A stretch of 32,000 nt of DNA. Source: an uncultured Akkermansia sp. GTDB taxonomy: Bacteria > Verrucomicrobiota > Verrucomicrobiia > Limisphaerales > UBA9464. The notes beneath the pieces were generated by a model. The model did not search any database and was not told the DNA's origin. It saw nothing but the letters and a program-made list of their open reading frames with translations. Numbering within the stretch: position 1 is the first letter of the stretch; each line of letters opens with the position of its first letter. Of the stretch, positions 8,310-17,367 are shown in pieces. The position numbers and the translations under genes are program-made. The stretch is taken from the NCBI GenBank assembly GCA_964430505.1, contig CAYSGH010000018.1, forward strand, positions 8,365 through 40,364. Direction: 5' to 3'.

Positions 8310-9896
8310 TCACTCCGACACGTTGCGATCATCCAGGAAGATCCACTTGTGCACCTCGATCCCATGCGCGTTCAAGGCCTCCGCATACTCCTTCTTCCGC
8401 ACCAGGCTGGAAGGGGAGTTCATCACCATCTGGATCTTGCCCGTCGGGTAATGGTGCCGCACCAACCGCATGATCGAGTCGTAGTCGCGGCTGTCGTAGC
8501 CCACGCCGAGCCTCCGATACGACTCGTCGCTCGAAAACGACATGCCTTGCTCCGTCAGCATCCGGTCCGTGGCATGTGCCCCGAACCCCGCCCCGCGGCC
8601 GTCGAAGTACAGGAGGAAGACCGCGCCCACGCCGTAGTGGACGATGTGTTGAACCGACTTCTTGAACTTCACCCGGTTGTCCATGCTGACGAGGGGAAGG
8701 CGATTGAACAGGGACTCGCTTTGCACGCGGATGACGGCGACGTCGTACAGCAGCGGCTTCCCGTACGTCAGCACCACCATCTCCTGGCTGGTCACGATGT
8801 CGAAGTACACGTGGACCCGAAACCAGTAGGGCGTCGTCAGCAGCTCCGTCACGGGCGATCCCGGGCGCGTTTCCTTGTGGCGCGCGAGGTTGCCCGGGTC
8901 GATCCGCACCAGGAGCCGGTTGCCCCGGATCACGTAGTAGTCCCGCACCAGGGGCGACTCCCCTTCCATGAACCGCTCCACGGGCGTCTCCCGGAACACC
9001 TCGTGGAAGCGCTCCTCGGACAGCACGATCTCGCCGTCCACGGGCTTGACCGGCAGGAAGTAGGAGGCCGCGTAGATAAACCGTTGCGCTCCCGGCACCG
9101 CATGCGGCCGGAATGGCATCACCGGCTCCGGCGGCAGCGCCCGCCTCACGCCGTCCGTCGCCTGCTTCAACTGATGCCCCGAGTCCGCCTTCGACGCCAG
9201 GTACGCCACGTTGAACGGCGATGGCTCGAACTCCAGCGCCTCCGTCCCGGCCACGGACAACCCCTGCGTCGTCAACGCGGACACCTTGTCGGGGTTGTTC
9301 GTCAGCAGCACGAACGGGGCCTTCACTCCCAGCAGGTGGCACACGTCCGCGACGTCGTCGTAGCTCCGATGATCCTTCCTCAGCCCCATGCAGCGGTACG
9401 CCTCGAACGTCGAGATCTGGTCGTGCGACGACTGCACCAGCATCCGGTCCCGAGCCTTCGCCACGTAGCCCACGCCGCGCCCCTCCTGCATCAGGTAAAA
9501 CAAGATCCCGCTCCCCTTGCGCTGGATCACCTCCAACGCCCCCTCCAACTGTTGCACGCAGTCGCAGTCGCATCCGCGCAGCGTCTCGCTGGTGATGCAC
9601 GAGCTGTGGATCCGCGCATACAGCACCGCCGCGCCCGTGACTTCGCCCGCCGCCAGCGCGATCACGTACCCCTTGTGGATCACGTCCTGGAACACATGCG
9701 CCGTGAAGTGGCCCATCCGCGTCTCGACCCCGCAGCTCGCGAGGAACAAGGTCGTGCCGCGCAACGGCCGGTCCTCCACCCCGGCGCGATTCAGGACGGA
9801 TCCTGCCGGGTGCTGCAATTGCTCCACCAACTGCCGCAAGACGTCCGGCAACCGCACCACCGGGTGGCCTTCATCCCTTGGCTTCGCCGCATTCAT
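8310..9896 (-). CDS. Tandem-domain GTP cyclohydrolase II-like protein (intact N-terminal domain plus Cys-less C-terminal copy)
   Basis: Domain 1 has the zinc-site pattern IHSSCITSETLRGCDCDC, plus FYLMQEGRGVGYVAK and LLTNNPDKV, matching RibA. Domain 2 (VQSESLFNRLP...LLYFDGRGAGFG...MVMNSPSSLVRK) is a diverged repeat without the Cys triad. The start is uncertain (9896, 9920 or 10052); the 774 aa ORF reaching 10634 runs into the divergent receptor gene. Confidence 0.75.
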   Translation of the reverse strand: MNAAKPRDEGHPVVRLPDVLRQLVEQLQHPAGSVLNRAGVEDRPLRGTTLFLASCGVETRMGHFTAHVFQDVIHKGYVIALAAGEVTGAAVLYARIHSSCITSETLRGCDCDCVQQLEGALEVIQRKGSGILFYLMQEGRGVGYVAKARDRMLVQSSHDQISTFEAYRCMGLRKDHRSYDDVADVCHLLGVKAPFVLLTNNPDKVSALTTQGLSVAGTEALEFEPSPFNVAYLASKADSGHQLKQATDGVRRALPPEPVMPFRPHAVPGAQRFIYAASYFLPVKPVDGEIVLSEERFHEVFRETPVERFMEGESPLVRDYYVIRGNRLLVRIDPGNLARHKETRPGSPVTELLTTPYWFRVHVYFDIVTSQEMVVLTYGKPLLYDVAVIRVQSESLFNRLPLVSMDNRVKFKKSVQHIVHYGVGAVFLLYFDGRGAGFGAHATDRMLTEQGMSFSSDESYRRLGVGYDSRDYDSIMRLVRHHYPTGKIQMVMNSPSSLVRKKEYAEALNAHGIEVHKWIFLDDRNVSE

Positions 9897-10070
9897 CGGC
9901 CCCACGCACGCAGCCCCCATGCCATCCGCCCGCCTCGCGTTTCCCGCTTCCCGCTTCCCCACTCTGGCCCGCCGGTTGCTTTGCTGGACGATGCCCGTTC
10001 CAACGGGTCTGCCGGGCCACAATTCGCCCGGCGGGTGAAACGTGGTGTCCATAATTAGCCTGCCTGCGCA

Positions 10071-12452
10071 ATGAAGACCCTCCTGCTCCCTGCATCGCTC
10101 GCCAGCCTGACGTTCTCGGCTGGCGTCCTCGCCCAGACCACCAACGCCGCCCCGTCCAACCTCGACCGCATCGTCGTCGAGGGCATCCCCTTGGAGGAGC
10201 AGGTGGTGCCAACGGTGCGCCCGTTCAACTCCGTGTACGGCACCGACCGCCCCATCCTGGAGACGCCCCGAAACGTCACGATCATTTCCCGGGAGCAGCT
10301 CGACGCGATCAACATCTACGACGTCCGGGACTTTTCGAAGCTCACCTCCAGCTCCTACACCCGCTCCAACTTCGGGGCTCCCACCACGCCGGACATCCGC
10401 ACGCAGATCGCCGACACGTTCGTGAACGGCATGCGCCAAGGCCTCACGTCCAACGGCAACGGCCTCCCCGTCAACTTCAACTCCGTCGAGTCCGTCAACA
10501 TCGTGAAGGGGCCTGCCTCGTCCGTGTACGGGCCGTCGCAGTACGTGGGCGGGTACGTGGACCTGATCACCAAGCGCCCGTTCTACGACGGCTACCACGG
10601 CGAGGTCTCCTCCACCTTCGGCATGTTCCAGCAACGCCGCTGGACGATGGACGTCGGCGCGCCCTTGCCCGGGAAGACCGCGGCGTGGCGCCTGAGCTAC
10701 TCCGGCGAGGATTCCGGCAGCTACTACTACGATGGCTTCCGCAAGTCCCAGGCCGTCTATGGAGCCCTCTCATGGCAGCCCAACGAGAAGTACGACGTCT
10801 TCTTCAACAACGAGTGGTACTGGGCCAACTACACCGAGAACTTTGGCGTCAACCGCCCCACGCAGCAGCTCATCGACAGCGGCCTGTACCAGACGGGCGT
10901 CAACAACAACCCCGCGCCGGACTTCGCCGCCTATCCCTTCGGCTACGTCGATGCCTCCGGGACGCCCATCTCCTTCTCCAACATCAACGTCCCGGCTGGC
11001 GCGGCCGCTCCCACGTCCGACCCCCAAAACAGCCGCTGGGTCACCTCCGGCTTTCCGGTCGTCAACCGGATCGACCCGGGGCCGCTCGTGAAGCTTGACC
11101 GCCGCCGCCGCCTCCTCCGCCCCGGCGACGACTCCGAGGGCTTCTCCTACAACGCACAGGCCGTCCAGACGTACCACGCCTCCGAGTCCGTGGACATCGC
11201 CAACAACACGCTCTTCCGCTACGTGGACCGCCAGACCGAGTCCTCGTACTACTACTCCGAGATCATCGATCCCTCGTGGTCCTTCGAGAACCGCACCGAG
11301 GTCCGCATCAACCTGGAGAAGCACTCCATCAACACCGGCGCCGACGTCCGGTACCAGTACGTCCGCGCCTTCAACGACTTCTTCACCGAGCCCGCCAACG
11401 TGTGGGACCTGTCCCGCGACCTGTCCTACATCAACATCCGGAACTCGGTGAACTTCCCCAACCCGTTCACGTCCGTTCCCGTGCCCGGCCACCCCGGACG
11501 CTACTTCACCCCGGACAACGGGGACTCCGGCGTCTCGCATTCCCTGTTCACCGGCCCGTTCTACCAGCATGATTTCCGCATCACGGACCGATGGTCCCTG
11601 CTGGGCGGCGGGCGCCTGAACATCGTCAGCCTCGACTATTCCGACCCCGCCAAGTTCCTGCCCGGCGACTCCGTGACGCTGGGCCTGCCCAGCGCCAATG
11701 CGTCCACGGTGTACAAGTTCACGCAGCGGCTGACCGGGTACTTCACCTATAACTGGTCCCAGAACCCCGTTGGTTCCGTCGGCAATGGCGGTGGCTACAC
11801 GACGGCCGGCCTGCGCAACTTCGCCAATCGCAACCTTCGCAACGAGGCCCAGCTCTTCGAGGTGGGCTCCAAGGTCTCATTGTACGACGGGAAGCTCTTC
11901 CTCGGCGGCGCCCTCTTCGAGCAGACCCGCGCCGACGCCCAGCTCAATCGGTCCGTCGTCGAGTTCAACACCCGCGGCTTCGAGGTCGAGGCCAACTACC
12001 AGCCCACGCGCGAGTTCTACCTGACGCTCGGCTATTCCTACCTCGACTCCACCGTGAACCAGCCCCAGTTCGACGTGGGCAACACCACCCTGACCTCGCC
12101 CGGCGACCGCTTCTTCGCCATGTCCGGCGACTCCTTCCGACGGCAGGGCGTGCCCACCCACCTGGTCAACTTCCTCACCACCTACCGCATCTACAAGGGC
12201 CTCGGCACCTCCGCCAACGTCGTCTTCACCTCCGAGATCAACAACAACGTCGCCGGGACGCTCGTCATCCCCAACCAGTACACCCTCGACCTCACCGTCT
12301 TCTATACCGCGCCGCGATGGGACGCCCGCGTGATGCTCCTCAACATCACCGACGAGAAGAACTGGTCCGCGCCCAACGCCGTGTATGGCAACGAGTCCAT
12401 CGTCGCCGACTTGCCGTTCCGGCTCGAAGGCCGCGTCACCATCAAGTTCTAG
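10071..12452 (+). CDS. TonB-dependent outer-membrane receptor
   Basis: Signal peptide, plug-domain motifs (LDRIVVEG, NIVKGPASSVYGPSQYVGGYVDLITKRP), a long beta-barrel with aromatic-rich alternating strands, and the terminal ...RVTIKF with C-terminal Phe. Confidence 0.9.
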   Translation: MKTLLLPASLASLTFSAGVLAQTTNAAPSNLDRIVVEGIPLEEQVVPTVRPFNSVYGTDRPILETPRNVTIISREQLDAINIYDVRDFSKLTSSSYTRSNFGAPTTPDIRTQIADTFVNGMRQGLTSNGNGLPVNFNSVESVNIVKGPASSVYGPSQYVGGYVDLITKRPFYDGYHGEVSSTFGMFQQRRWTMDVGAPLPGKTAAWRLSYSGEDSGSYYYDGFRKSQAVYGALSWQPNEKYDVFFNNEWYWANYTENFGVNRPTQQLIDSGLYQTGVNNNPAPDFAAYPFGYVDASGTPISFSNINVPAGAAAPTSDPQNSRWVTSGFPVVNRIDPGPLVKLDRRRRLLRPGDDSEGFSYNAQAVQTYHASESVDIANNTLFRYVDRQTESSYYYSEIIDPSWSFENRTEVRINLEKHSINTGADVRYQYVRAFNDFFTEPANVWDLSRDLSYINIRNSVNFPNPFTSVPVPGHPGRYFTPDNGDSGVSHSLFTGPFYQHDFRITDRWSLLGGGRLNIVSLDYSDPAKFLPGDSVTLGLPSANASTVYKFTQRLTGYFTYNWSQNPVGSVGNGGGYTTAGLRNFANRNLRNEAQLFEVGSKVSLYDGKLFLGGALFEQTRADAQLNRSVVEFNTRGFEVEANYQPTREFYLTLGYSYLDSTVNQPQFDVGNTTLTSPGDRFFAMSGDSFRRQGVPTHLVNFLTTYRIYKGLGTSANVVFTSEINNNVAGTLVIPNQYTLDLTVFYTAPRWDARVMLLNITDEKNWSAPNAVYGNESIVADLPFRLEGRVTIKF

Positions 12453-12482
12453 TGTAGCCTGCGGCACGGCAGCCCGACACGG

Positions 12483-12516
12483 GGCGAGCCAGGCGCATCA
12501 CCCCGCTTGGCTCGCC
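12483..12516 (+). terminator. Strong stem-loop 30 nt downstream of the receptor gene (13 bp stem, 8 nt loop, no T tract)
   Basis: GGCGAGCCAGGCG-CATCACCC-CGCTTGGCTCGCC, paired by hand with one G-T wobble. No U-run follows, so this may be a partial terminator, a processing site or an attenuator rather than a canonical intrinsic terminator. Confidence 0.4.
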
Positions 12517-12571
12517 AGCCTCGGCCGCCGCTTCTCGCCCCTCGATCCCCGCTCCCCGTTGATTTCCCCTC

Positions 12572-13603
12572 ATGCGCCTCGTCATTGCCCTCTGCGCCCT
12601 GGTGCTGTCCCTCCCGGCCAGCGCCGCCCCGCCCATCCAGCCCAAGGTCCTCGTCGTCTCCACCTTTGAGATCGGCCAAGACACCGGCGACCGCCCTGGC
12701 GAGTTCCAGTTCTGGGTGGAACGCGAGCGCCTGACCCAGTCCTTGGCGCTTCCCAACCTTTCGCGCCCCCTGCGCCACGGCACCAACGGCGTGTTCGGCT
12801 TTGTTTCCGGCACCACGGTGCGCGCCGCCACGGAGGTCCTGGCCCTGGGCCTCTCGCCCGAGCTGGACCTCACCCGCACCTACTGGCTCATCAACGGCAT
12901 CGCCGGGGTCGATCCGGAGGATGCCTCCGTGGGATCCGCCGCCTGGGCGCTGCATGTCGTCGATGGCGACATTGCCTACGAGATCGACTCGCGCGACGTG
13001 CCGCCGTCGTGGCCCTACGGACTGGTGCCCATCGGGGGCAAGAAGCCCAACGTCATCAACGAGGACGCCACCTGGGCTCCGAAGCCCATGGCGTGGACGC
13101 TCAACGCGGGCCTCGCTCGTTGGGCCTACGGCATCACGCGCGACATCCCCATCCCGGACTCCGACGCCGCCAAGGCTCACCGCGCCCTCTACACCGCCCA
13201 TCCGGCGGCACAAAGGCCCGCGTCGGTCCTGCTGGGCGACAGCCTCGGCTCCTGCCGCTACTGGCATGGCCCCGGCATGACCCGCTGGGCCAACGACTGG
13301 GCCCGCCTGCATACGGCCAATCGCGGCAACTTCGTCATGACCAACATGGAGGACCATGGCATTGCCCACGCCCTCCAGCAGCTTGCCCGCATGCGCAAGG
13401 TGGACTTCAACCGGGTCCTCTTCCTCCGTACGGGCTCCAACTATTGCACCCCCGCCCCGGGCAAGGCCGCCGCCGACTCCATGACCGAGGAATACTCCGG
13501 CATGTTGCCCGCCCTCGAGGCCGCCCATCGCGTGGGCAGCCGGGTCGTCCATGAGATCATCGAGCACTGGCCCCGGCACGAGGCCGTCATTCCTTCCCAG
13601 TAG
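12572..13603 (+). CDS. NUP-family protein (annotated 'purine nucleoside permease' family; PNP/hydrolase-like fold), secreted
   Basis: Signal peptide MRLVIALCALVLSLPASA. The family-typical N-terminus KVLVVSTFEIG...GEFQFWVER and the overall ~340 aa length match what I recall of the NUP (PF06516) family. This assignment is from memory, not a search. Confidence 0.65.
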   Translation: MRLVIALCALVLSLPASAAPPIQPKVLVVSTFEIGQDTGDRPGEFQFWVERERLTQSLALPNLSRPLRHGTNGVFGFVSGTTVRAATEVLALGLSPELDLTRTYWLINGIAGVDPEDASVGSAAWALHVVDGDIAYEIDSRDVPPSWPYGLVPIGGKKPNVINEDATWAPKPMAWTLNAGLARWAYGITRDIPIPDSDAAKAHRALYTAHPAAQRPASVLLGDSLGSCRYWHGPGMTRWANDWARLHTANRGNFVMTNMEDHGIAHALQQLARMRKVDFNRVLFLRTGSNYCTPAPGKAAADSMTEEYSGMLPALEAAHRVGSRVVHEIIEHWPRHEAVIPSQ

Positions 13604-13620
13604 CGGCCACCTCTCCCACG

Positions 13621-15054
13621 ATGAGGCCCATCGAGTGCATGAAGCCCATGAAATCCATGAAGCTCCTTCTCGCCCTGTGCGCGTTCCTCGCTTCCGTCGC
13701 CATGGGGGCCGACTTCGCAGCCCGGTTCGAGTCCTTCAAGACCAACGCGAGCCCGTTGGACCTCTACCGCCTGCTCTATGCGATGCCCAAGGCGGGCGAC
13801 CTCCACCACCACGCTGGCGGCTGCTGGCGCATGGAGGACCTCTACAACGTCGCCACCAACGTCACGCGCAACGGCGGCAACCGCTTCTACACCCGCATCA
13901 AGGCGGGCACGTGCCCCGACGACGCCACCCCATGGCGTCGCTTCACCACCATCGCCGCCTTCACCTGGAAGGATCTCACGCCCTGCCAGCAATCCGAGTA
14001 CGTGCCCCTCGATGAGCTGCCTCCGGGCCTGCGCGCCGAGTTCATCGACTCCCTCCGCCTCGACAAGCCGGGCGAGGGCCGGCAGGAGTTCTTCGAGGAA
14101 ATCTGGCCTCGGCTCGGCGCGCTCGGGCGCAGCATCGACGTCTTCCTTGAAATGACCGTCGAGACGATGAGGCGCTACGGGGCCGAGGGCGTGCGCTACC
14201 TCGAGCCCCAGACCATTCCCATGGGGATGCTCGATGGGTCCGGGGCCGTCGTGGACGCCGAGGAGTTCCACCAACGCCTGGCGCGGCGCCTCGCCCAGCC
14301 CGACGCCCTCGCCACCGGCGTCTCCGTCCGATGGCAAATCGTCGTCATCCGCTTCCTCCCCACCGCCGAGCGCGCCATCGAGGACGCCTATGACTTCATC
14401 TCCCGGCATCGCGACCTCTGGGTGGGCATCAACATGGCCGGGCGCGAGGACAACGACAAAGGCCACCCCCGCCGCTTCCTGGACGTCTATCGGCGCATGC
14501 GCCTCAAGCACCACGGCGTGGGCCTCGCCATCCACGCCGGGGAGGTGGACGAGCCCAACCCCCACATGCGTGACACCCTCCTCCTCGGCGCCACGCGCCT
14601 CGGCCACGGCAACAACGTCCTCACCGATGACGACCTCGTCCTCCACCTCCGTTCCCGCATCGCCTTCGTCGAGATCAACCTCGTCAGCAACCTGGTCCTC
14701 GAATACGTCTCCGACTATCGCCAGCACCACTTCGCCGAGATGCTCCGCACCGGCATTCCCTGCGGCCTCTCCACCGACGATTCCGGCATGTGGGACTCCA
14801 ACATGACGGACGAGTACATGACCGCCGTCCGGGAGTTCAACCTGACGTGGGAGGAGCTGGTGCGCTGCGGGCGATCCTCGCTGGAGTGGTCCTTTGCCGA
14901 GCCGGCCCTCAAGCAACGCCTGCTGGACGCCTACGACCGCGACGTCCGCGCCTTCGAGCAACGGTTCGCCGGCGACGCATGGCAGCCGCTCCTGCAATCC
15001 GTGAAGCCCGTGTCCTACGGCTTCGCCAAGCGCCGATGGAACATTGCGTTCTGA
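13621..15054 (+). CDS. Secreted adenosine deaminase family protein (ADGF/long ADA type)
   Basis: Signal peptide MKSMKLLLALCAFLASVAMG; possible starts at 13621, 13648 and 13657. Metal and catalytic motifs are present: DLHHHAGG, AIHAGE, RLGHG, STDDSGMW. Confidence 0.85.
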   Translation: MRPIECMKPMKSMKLLLALCAFLASVAMGADFAARFESFKTNASPLDLYRLLYAMPKAGDLHHHAGGCWRMEDLYNVATNVTRNGGNRFYTRIKAGTCPDDATPWRRFTTIAAFTWKDLTPCQQSEYVPLDELPPGLRAEFIDSLRLDKPGEGRQEFFEEIWPRLGALGRSIDVFLEMTVETMRRYGAEGVRYLEPQTIPMGMLDGSGAVVDAEEFHQRLARRLAQPDALATGVSVRWQIVVIRFLPTAERAIEDAYDFISRHRDLWVGINMAGREDNDKGHPRRFLDVYRRMRLKHHGVGLAIHAGEVDEPNPHMRDTLLLGATRLGHGNNVLTDDDLVLHLRSRIAFVEINLVSNLVLEYVSDYRQHHFAEMLRTGIPCGLSTDDSGMWDSNMTDEYMTAVREFNLTWEELVRCGRSSLEWSFAEPALKQRLLDAYDRDVRAFEQRFAGDAWQPLLQSVKPVSYGFAKRRWNIAF

Positions 15055-16043
15055 TGATCCCCGGCTGGCATCCCATGCGCCCATTTGCTCCGGCATTCGT
15101 CCCGGCGGCCGCGGCCGCTGTCGGCCTCATTCTTGCCTCCGCGCGCTCCGCTGCGGCCGGCACCATCGTCTTCCTGTCCGACTTCGGGCTGAAGGACGGG
15201 GCCGTGTCCGCCATGAAGGGCGTCGCCCATGCCGCCGATCCGGGCCTGCAACTGTTCGACGTCACCCACGAGGTTCCGCCGTTCAACGTGTGGGAAGGAG
15301 CCTTCCGGCTCGCCCAAGCCGCGCCCTACTGGCCTGCCAACACCGTGTTCGTCTGCGTCGTCGATCCCGGCGTGGGCACCGACCGCCTCCCCGTCGTCCA
15401 TCGCACGCGGTCTGGCCATGTGTTCGTGGGGCCGGACAACGGGCTCTTCACGCTCGTGGACGACGTGCTTGGCCATGACCGCTCCTACGTCATCGACGCC
15501 TCGCGCCATCGCCTGCCGGGCTCGGACGCCAGCTACACGTTCCACGGGCGCGACCTCTTCGCGCACGTCGGAGCGCGCATTGCATCGGGCCAGCTCACGC
15601 CCGCCGATGCGGGCCAACCCGCCGGGAAACCACCCGTCCGGATCCCGTACCCGGCTGCCACCTGCAAGGACGGCGCCCTCTCTGGCGTGATCCCCGTGCT
15701 CGACGTCCAGTACGGCAACGTCTGGTCCAACATCGGCCCCGACCTCGTCGAGGAAGCCGGCCTTCGCGTCGGGGATGAGGTCGAGGTGACGTTCCTCAAG
15801 GGCGGACGCCGCGTCGCGCGGCTTCGGGCGCCCTTCGTGCAAACCTTCGGGGCCGTTCCCAAGGGCAAGCCCCTCGTGTTCGTGAACTCCCTCCTGCAGC
15901 TCTCCGTCGCGCTGAACACCGACAGCCTCGCCGCCCGCTACAAGGTCGGATCCGGGCCGGACTGGTCGGTCCAGTTCAAGGCGGTGCCATCCGTCTCGTC
16001 GCCTTCCACGTCCACCCTCCCGCCCGCCAAGCCCAAGCCATGA
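15054..16043 (+). CDS. SAM hydrolase / SAM hydroxide adenosyltransferase family (DUF62; fluorinase-chlorinase superfamily) with N-terminal signal peptide
   Basis: The ATG at 15054 shares one base with the ADA stop. A predicted signal peptide (PAFVPAAAAAVGLILASARSAAAG) is fused directly to the canonical family N-terminus IVFLSDFGLKDGAVSAMKGV. Also has VDPGVGTDR, GPDNGL and TFHGRDLFA. Pro/Ser/Lys-rich tail. Confidence 0.85.
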   Translation: MIPGWHPMRPFAPAFVPAAAAAVGLILASARSAAAGTIVFLSDFGLKDGAVSAMKGVAHAADPGLQLFDVTHEVPPFNVWEGAFRLAQAAPYWPANTVFVCVVDPGVGTDRLPVVHRTRSGHVFVGPDNGLFTLVDDVLGHDRSYVIDASRHRLPGSDASYTFHGRDLFAHVGARIASGQLTPADAGQPAGKPPVRIPYPAATCKDGALSGVIPVLDVQYGNVWSNIGPDLVEEAGLRVGDEVEVTFLKGGRRVARLRAPFVQTFGAVPKGKPLVFVNSLLQLSVALNTDSLAARYKVGSGPDWSVQFKAVPSVSSPSTSTLPPAKPKP

Positions 16044-17362
16044 ACCTCTTCCAGCTCCAAGCCCACGGCACGAACGTCCGACGCGAGGTCGTCGCGGGCA
16101 TCACCACGTTCGCGGCCATGGCCTACATCCTGGCCGTCAACCCTGGCATCCTCTCCGCTGCGGGCATGGACAAGGGGGCCGTCATCACCGCCACCGCCCT
16201 CGCGTCCGCCCTGATGACGGTGCTCATGGCCCTGTTCACCAACTATCCCATCGCCCTCGCGCCGGGCATGGGCATCAACGCCTTCTTTGCGTTCTCCGTT
16301 TGCGGGGCCATGAAGGTGCCATGGCAGGCCGCCCTGGGCTTGGTCTTCTACTCCGGCCTCGTGTTCTTCCTTCTCTCCGTCACGGGCGTCCGGCAACGCC
16401 TGCTGGCGGCCATCCCGCGCGACCTCAAGATCGCCATCACCTGCGGCATTGGCCTGTTCATTGCCTTCATCGGCCTCAAGAACGGGGGCGTCATCGGTTC
16501 CAGCCCCGCCACCTTCGTCACCCTCGGCAACCTCCAGTCCCCAACACCGTGGCTCGCCCTCGGCGGACTCCTCCTCACGGCCATCCTCGTCCAACGCAAG
16601 GTCCCGGGGGCCATCCTCCTCGGCATCGCCGCCGTCACGTTGCTCGGCCTCTTCATCTCCACGACCGCACCCGACGGGTCCGCTTCCACCATCACCGCCT
16701 CGCCCAAGGCCATCGTCGCCCTCCCCGCATCCCTGTCCCCCACCTTCCTCAAGCTCGACCTTGCCTACTTCTGGCAACACCCGCGCGAATCCATCCCCAT
16801 CGTCCTCGCGCTCCTCTTCGTCGATCTCTTCGACAACATGGGAACCCTCATCGGCGTCTGTCATCGCGCCGGGCTCCTCGATGCCCAGGGCAACCTCCCA
16901 CGCATCGGGCGCGCCTTGGCCGCCGACGCCACCGCCGCCATGGCGGGCTCCACCCTCGGCACCTCCACCGTCACGAGCTACATCGAGTCCGCCGCCGGGG
17001 TCGAGGCGGGCGGCCGGACCGGCCTGACGGCCCTTGCCACGGCCGCGTGCTTCCTCCTCGCCCTCTTCCTGAACCCCCTCATCTCCATCATCCCCGCCGT
17101 CGCCACCGCCCCCGCTTTGGTCATCGTCGGCGTCTTCATGATGCAATCCATCGCCGAGATCGACCTGCGCGACTTCACGCGGGCGCTTCCCGCCGTGCTC
17201 ACCCTCCTGGCCATGCCCCTTGCCTTCAGCATCGCCGAGGGCATCGCCATCGGCATCGCCGTCCATGTCCTGTTCAACGCCGGCATTGGACGCGCCCGCT
17301 CCATCACCCCCGTGGCGTGGCTCCTCGCCGTCCTGTGCATCGCGCACCTGTATTTTCGATGA
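16040..17362 (+). CDS. NCS2/AzgA-family purine base permease (adenine/guanine/hypoxanthine)
   Basis: Family-typical N-terminus LFQLQAHGTNVRREVVAGITTFAAMAYILAVNPGIL, a polytopic hydrophobic profile and 440 aa length. ATGA overlap with the preceding gene. Confidence 0.9.
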   Translation: MNLFQLQAHGTNVRREVVAGITTFAAMAYILAVNPGILSAAGMDKGAVITATALASALMTVLMALFTNYPIALAPGMGINAFFAFSVCGAMKVPWQAALGLVFYSGLVFFLLSVTGVRQRLLAAIPRDLKIAITCGIGLFIAFIGLKNGGVIGSSPATFVTLGNLQSPTPWLALGGLLLTAILVQRKVPGAILLGIAAVTLLGLFISTTAPDGSASTITASPKAIVALPASLSPTFLKLDLAYFWQHPRESIPIVLALLFVDLFDNMGTLIGVCHRAGLLDAQGNLPRIGRALAADATAAMAGSTLGTSTVTSYIESAAGVEAGGRTGLTALATAACFLLALFLNPLISIIPAVATAPALVIVGVFMMQSIAEIDLRDFTRALPAVLTLLAMPLAFSIAEGIAIGIAVHVLFNAGIGRARSITPVAWLLAVLCIAHLYFR

Positions 17363-17367
17363 GCGAC

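Noticed and set aside
7893-10058. 721 aa plus-strand ORF opposite the GTP cyclohydrolase II-like gene
   Set aside because: It is an Arg/Pro/His-rich antisense product with no recognisable motifs. The minus-strand frame carries clear RibA signatures.
9897-10634. Extension of the GTP cyclohydrolase II-like ORF to 774 aa
   Set aside because: The extra N-terminal ~245 residues are low complexity. They would overlap the divergent TonB-dependent receptor gene by more than 500 nt. RibA-like homology begins only after the Met at 9896.
13441-15096. 551 aa minus-strand ORF opposite the adenosine deaminase gene
   Set aside because: Antisense high-GC artefact. The plus-strand frame has the complete ADA metal-binding motif set.
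15938-17347. 469 aa minus-strand ORF opposite the purine permease
   Set aside because: It is Gly/Asp/Glu-rich low complexity, while the plus strand encodes a coherent polytopic NCS2 permease.
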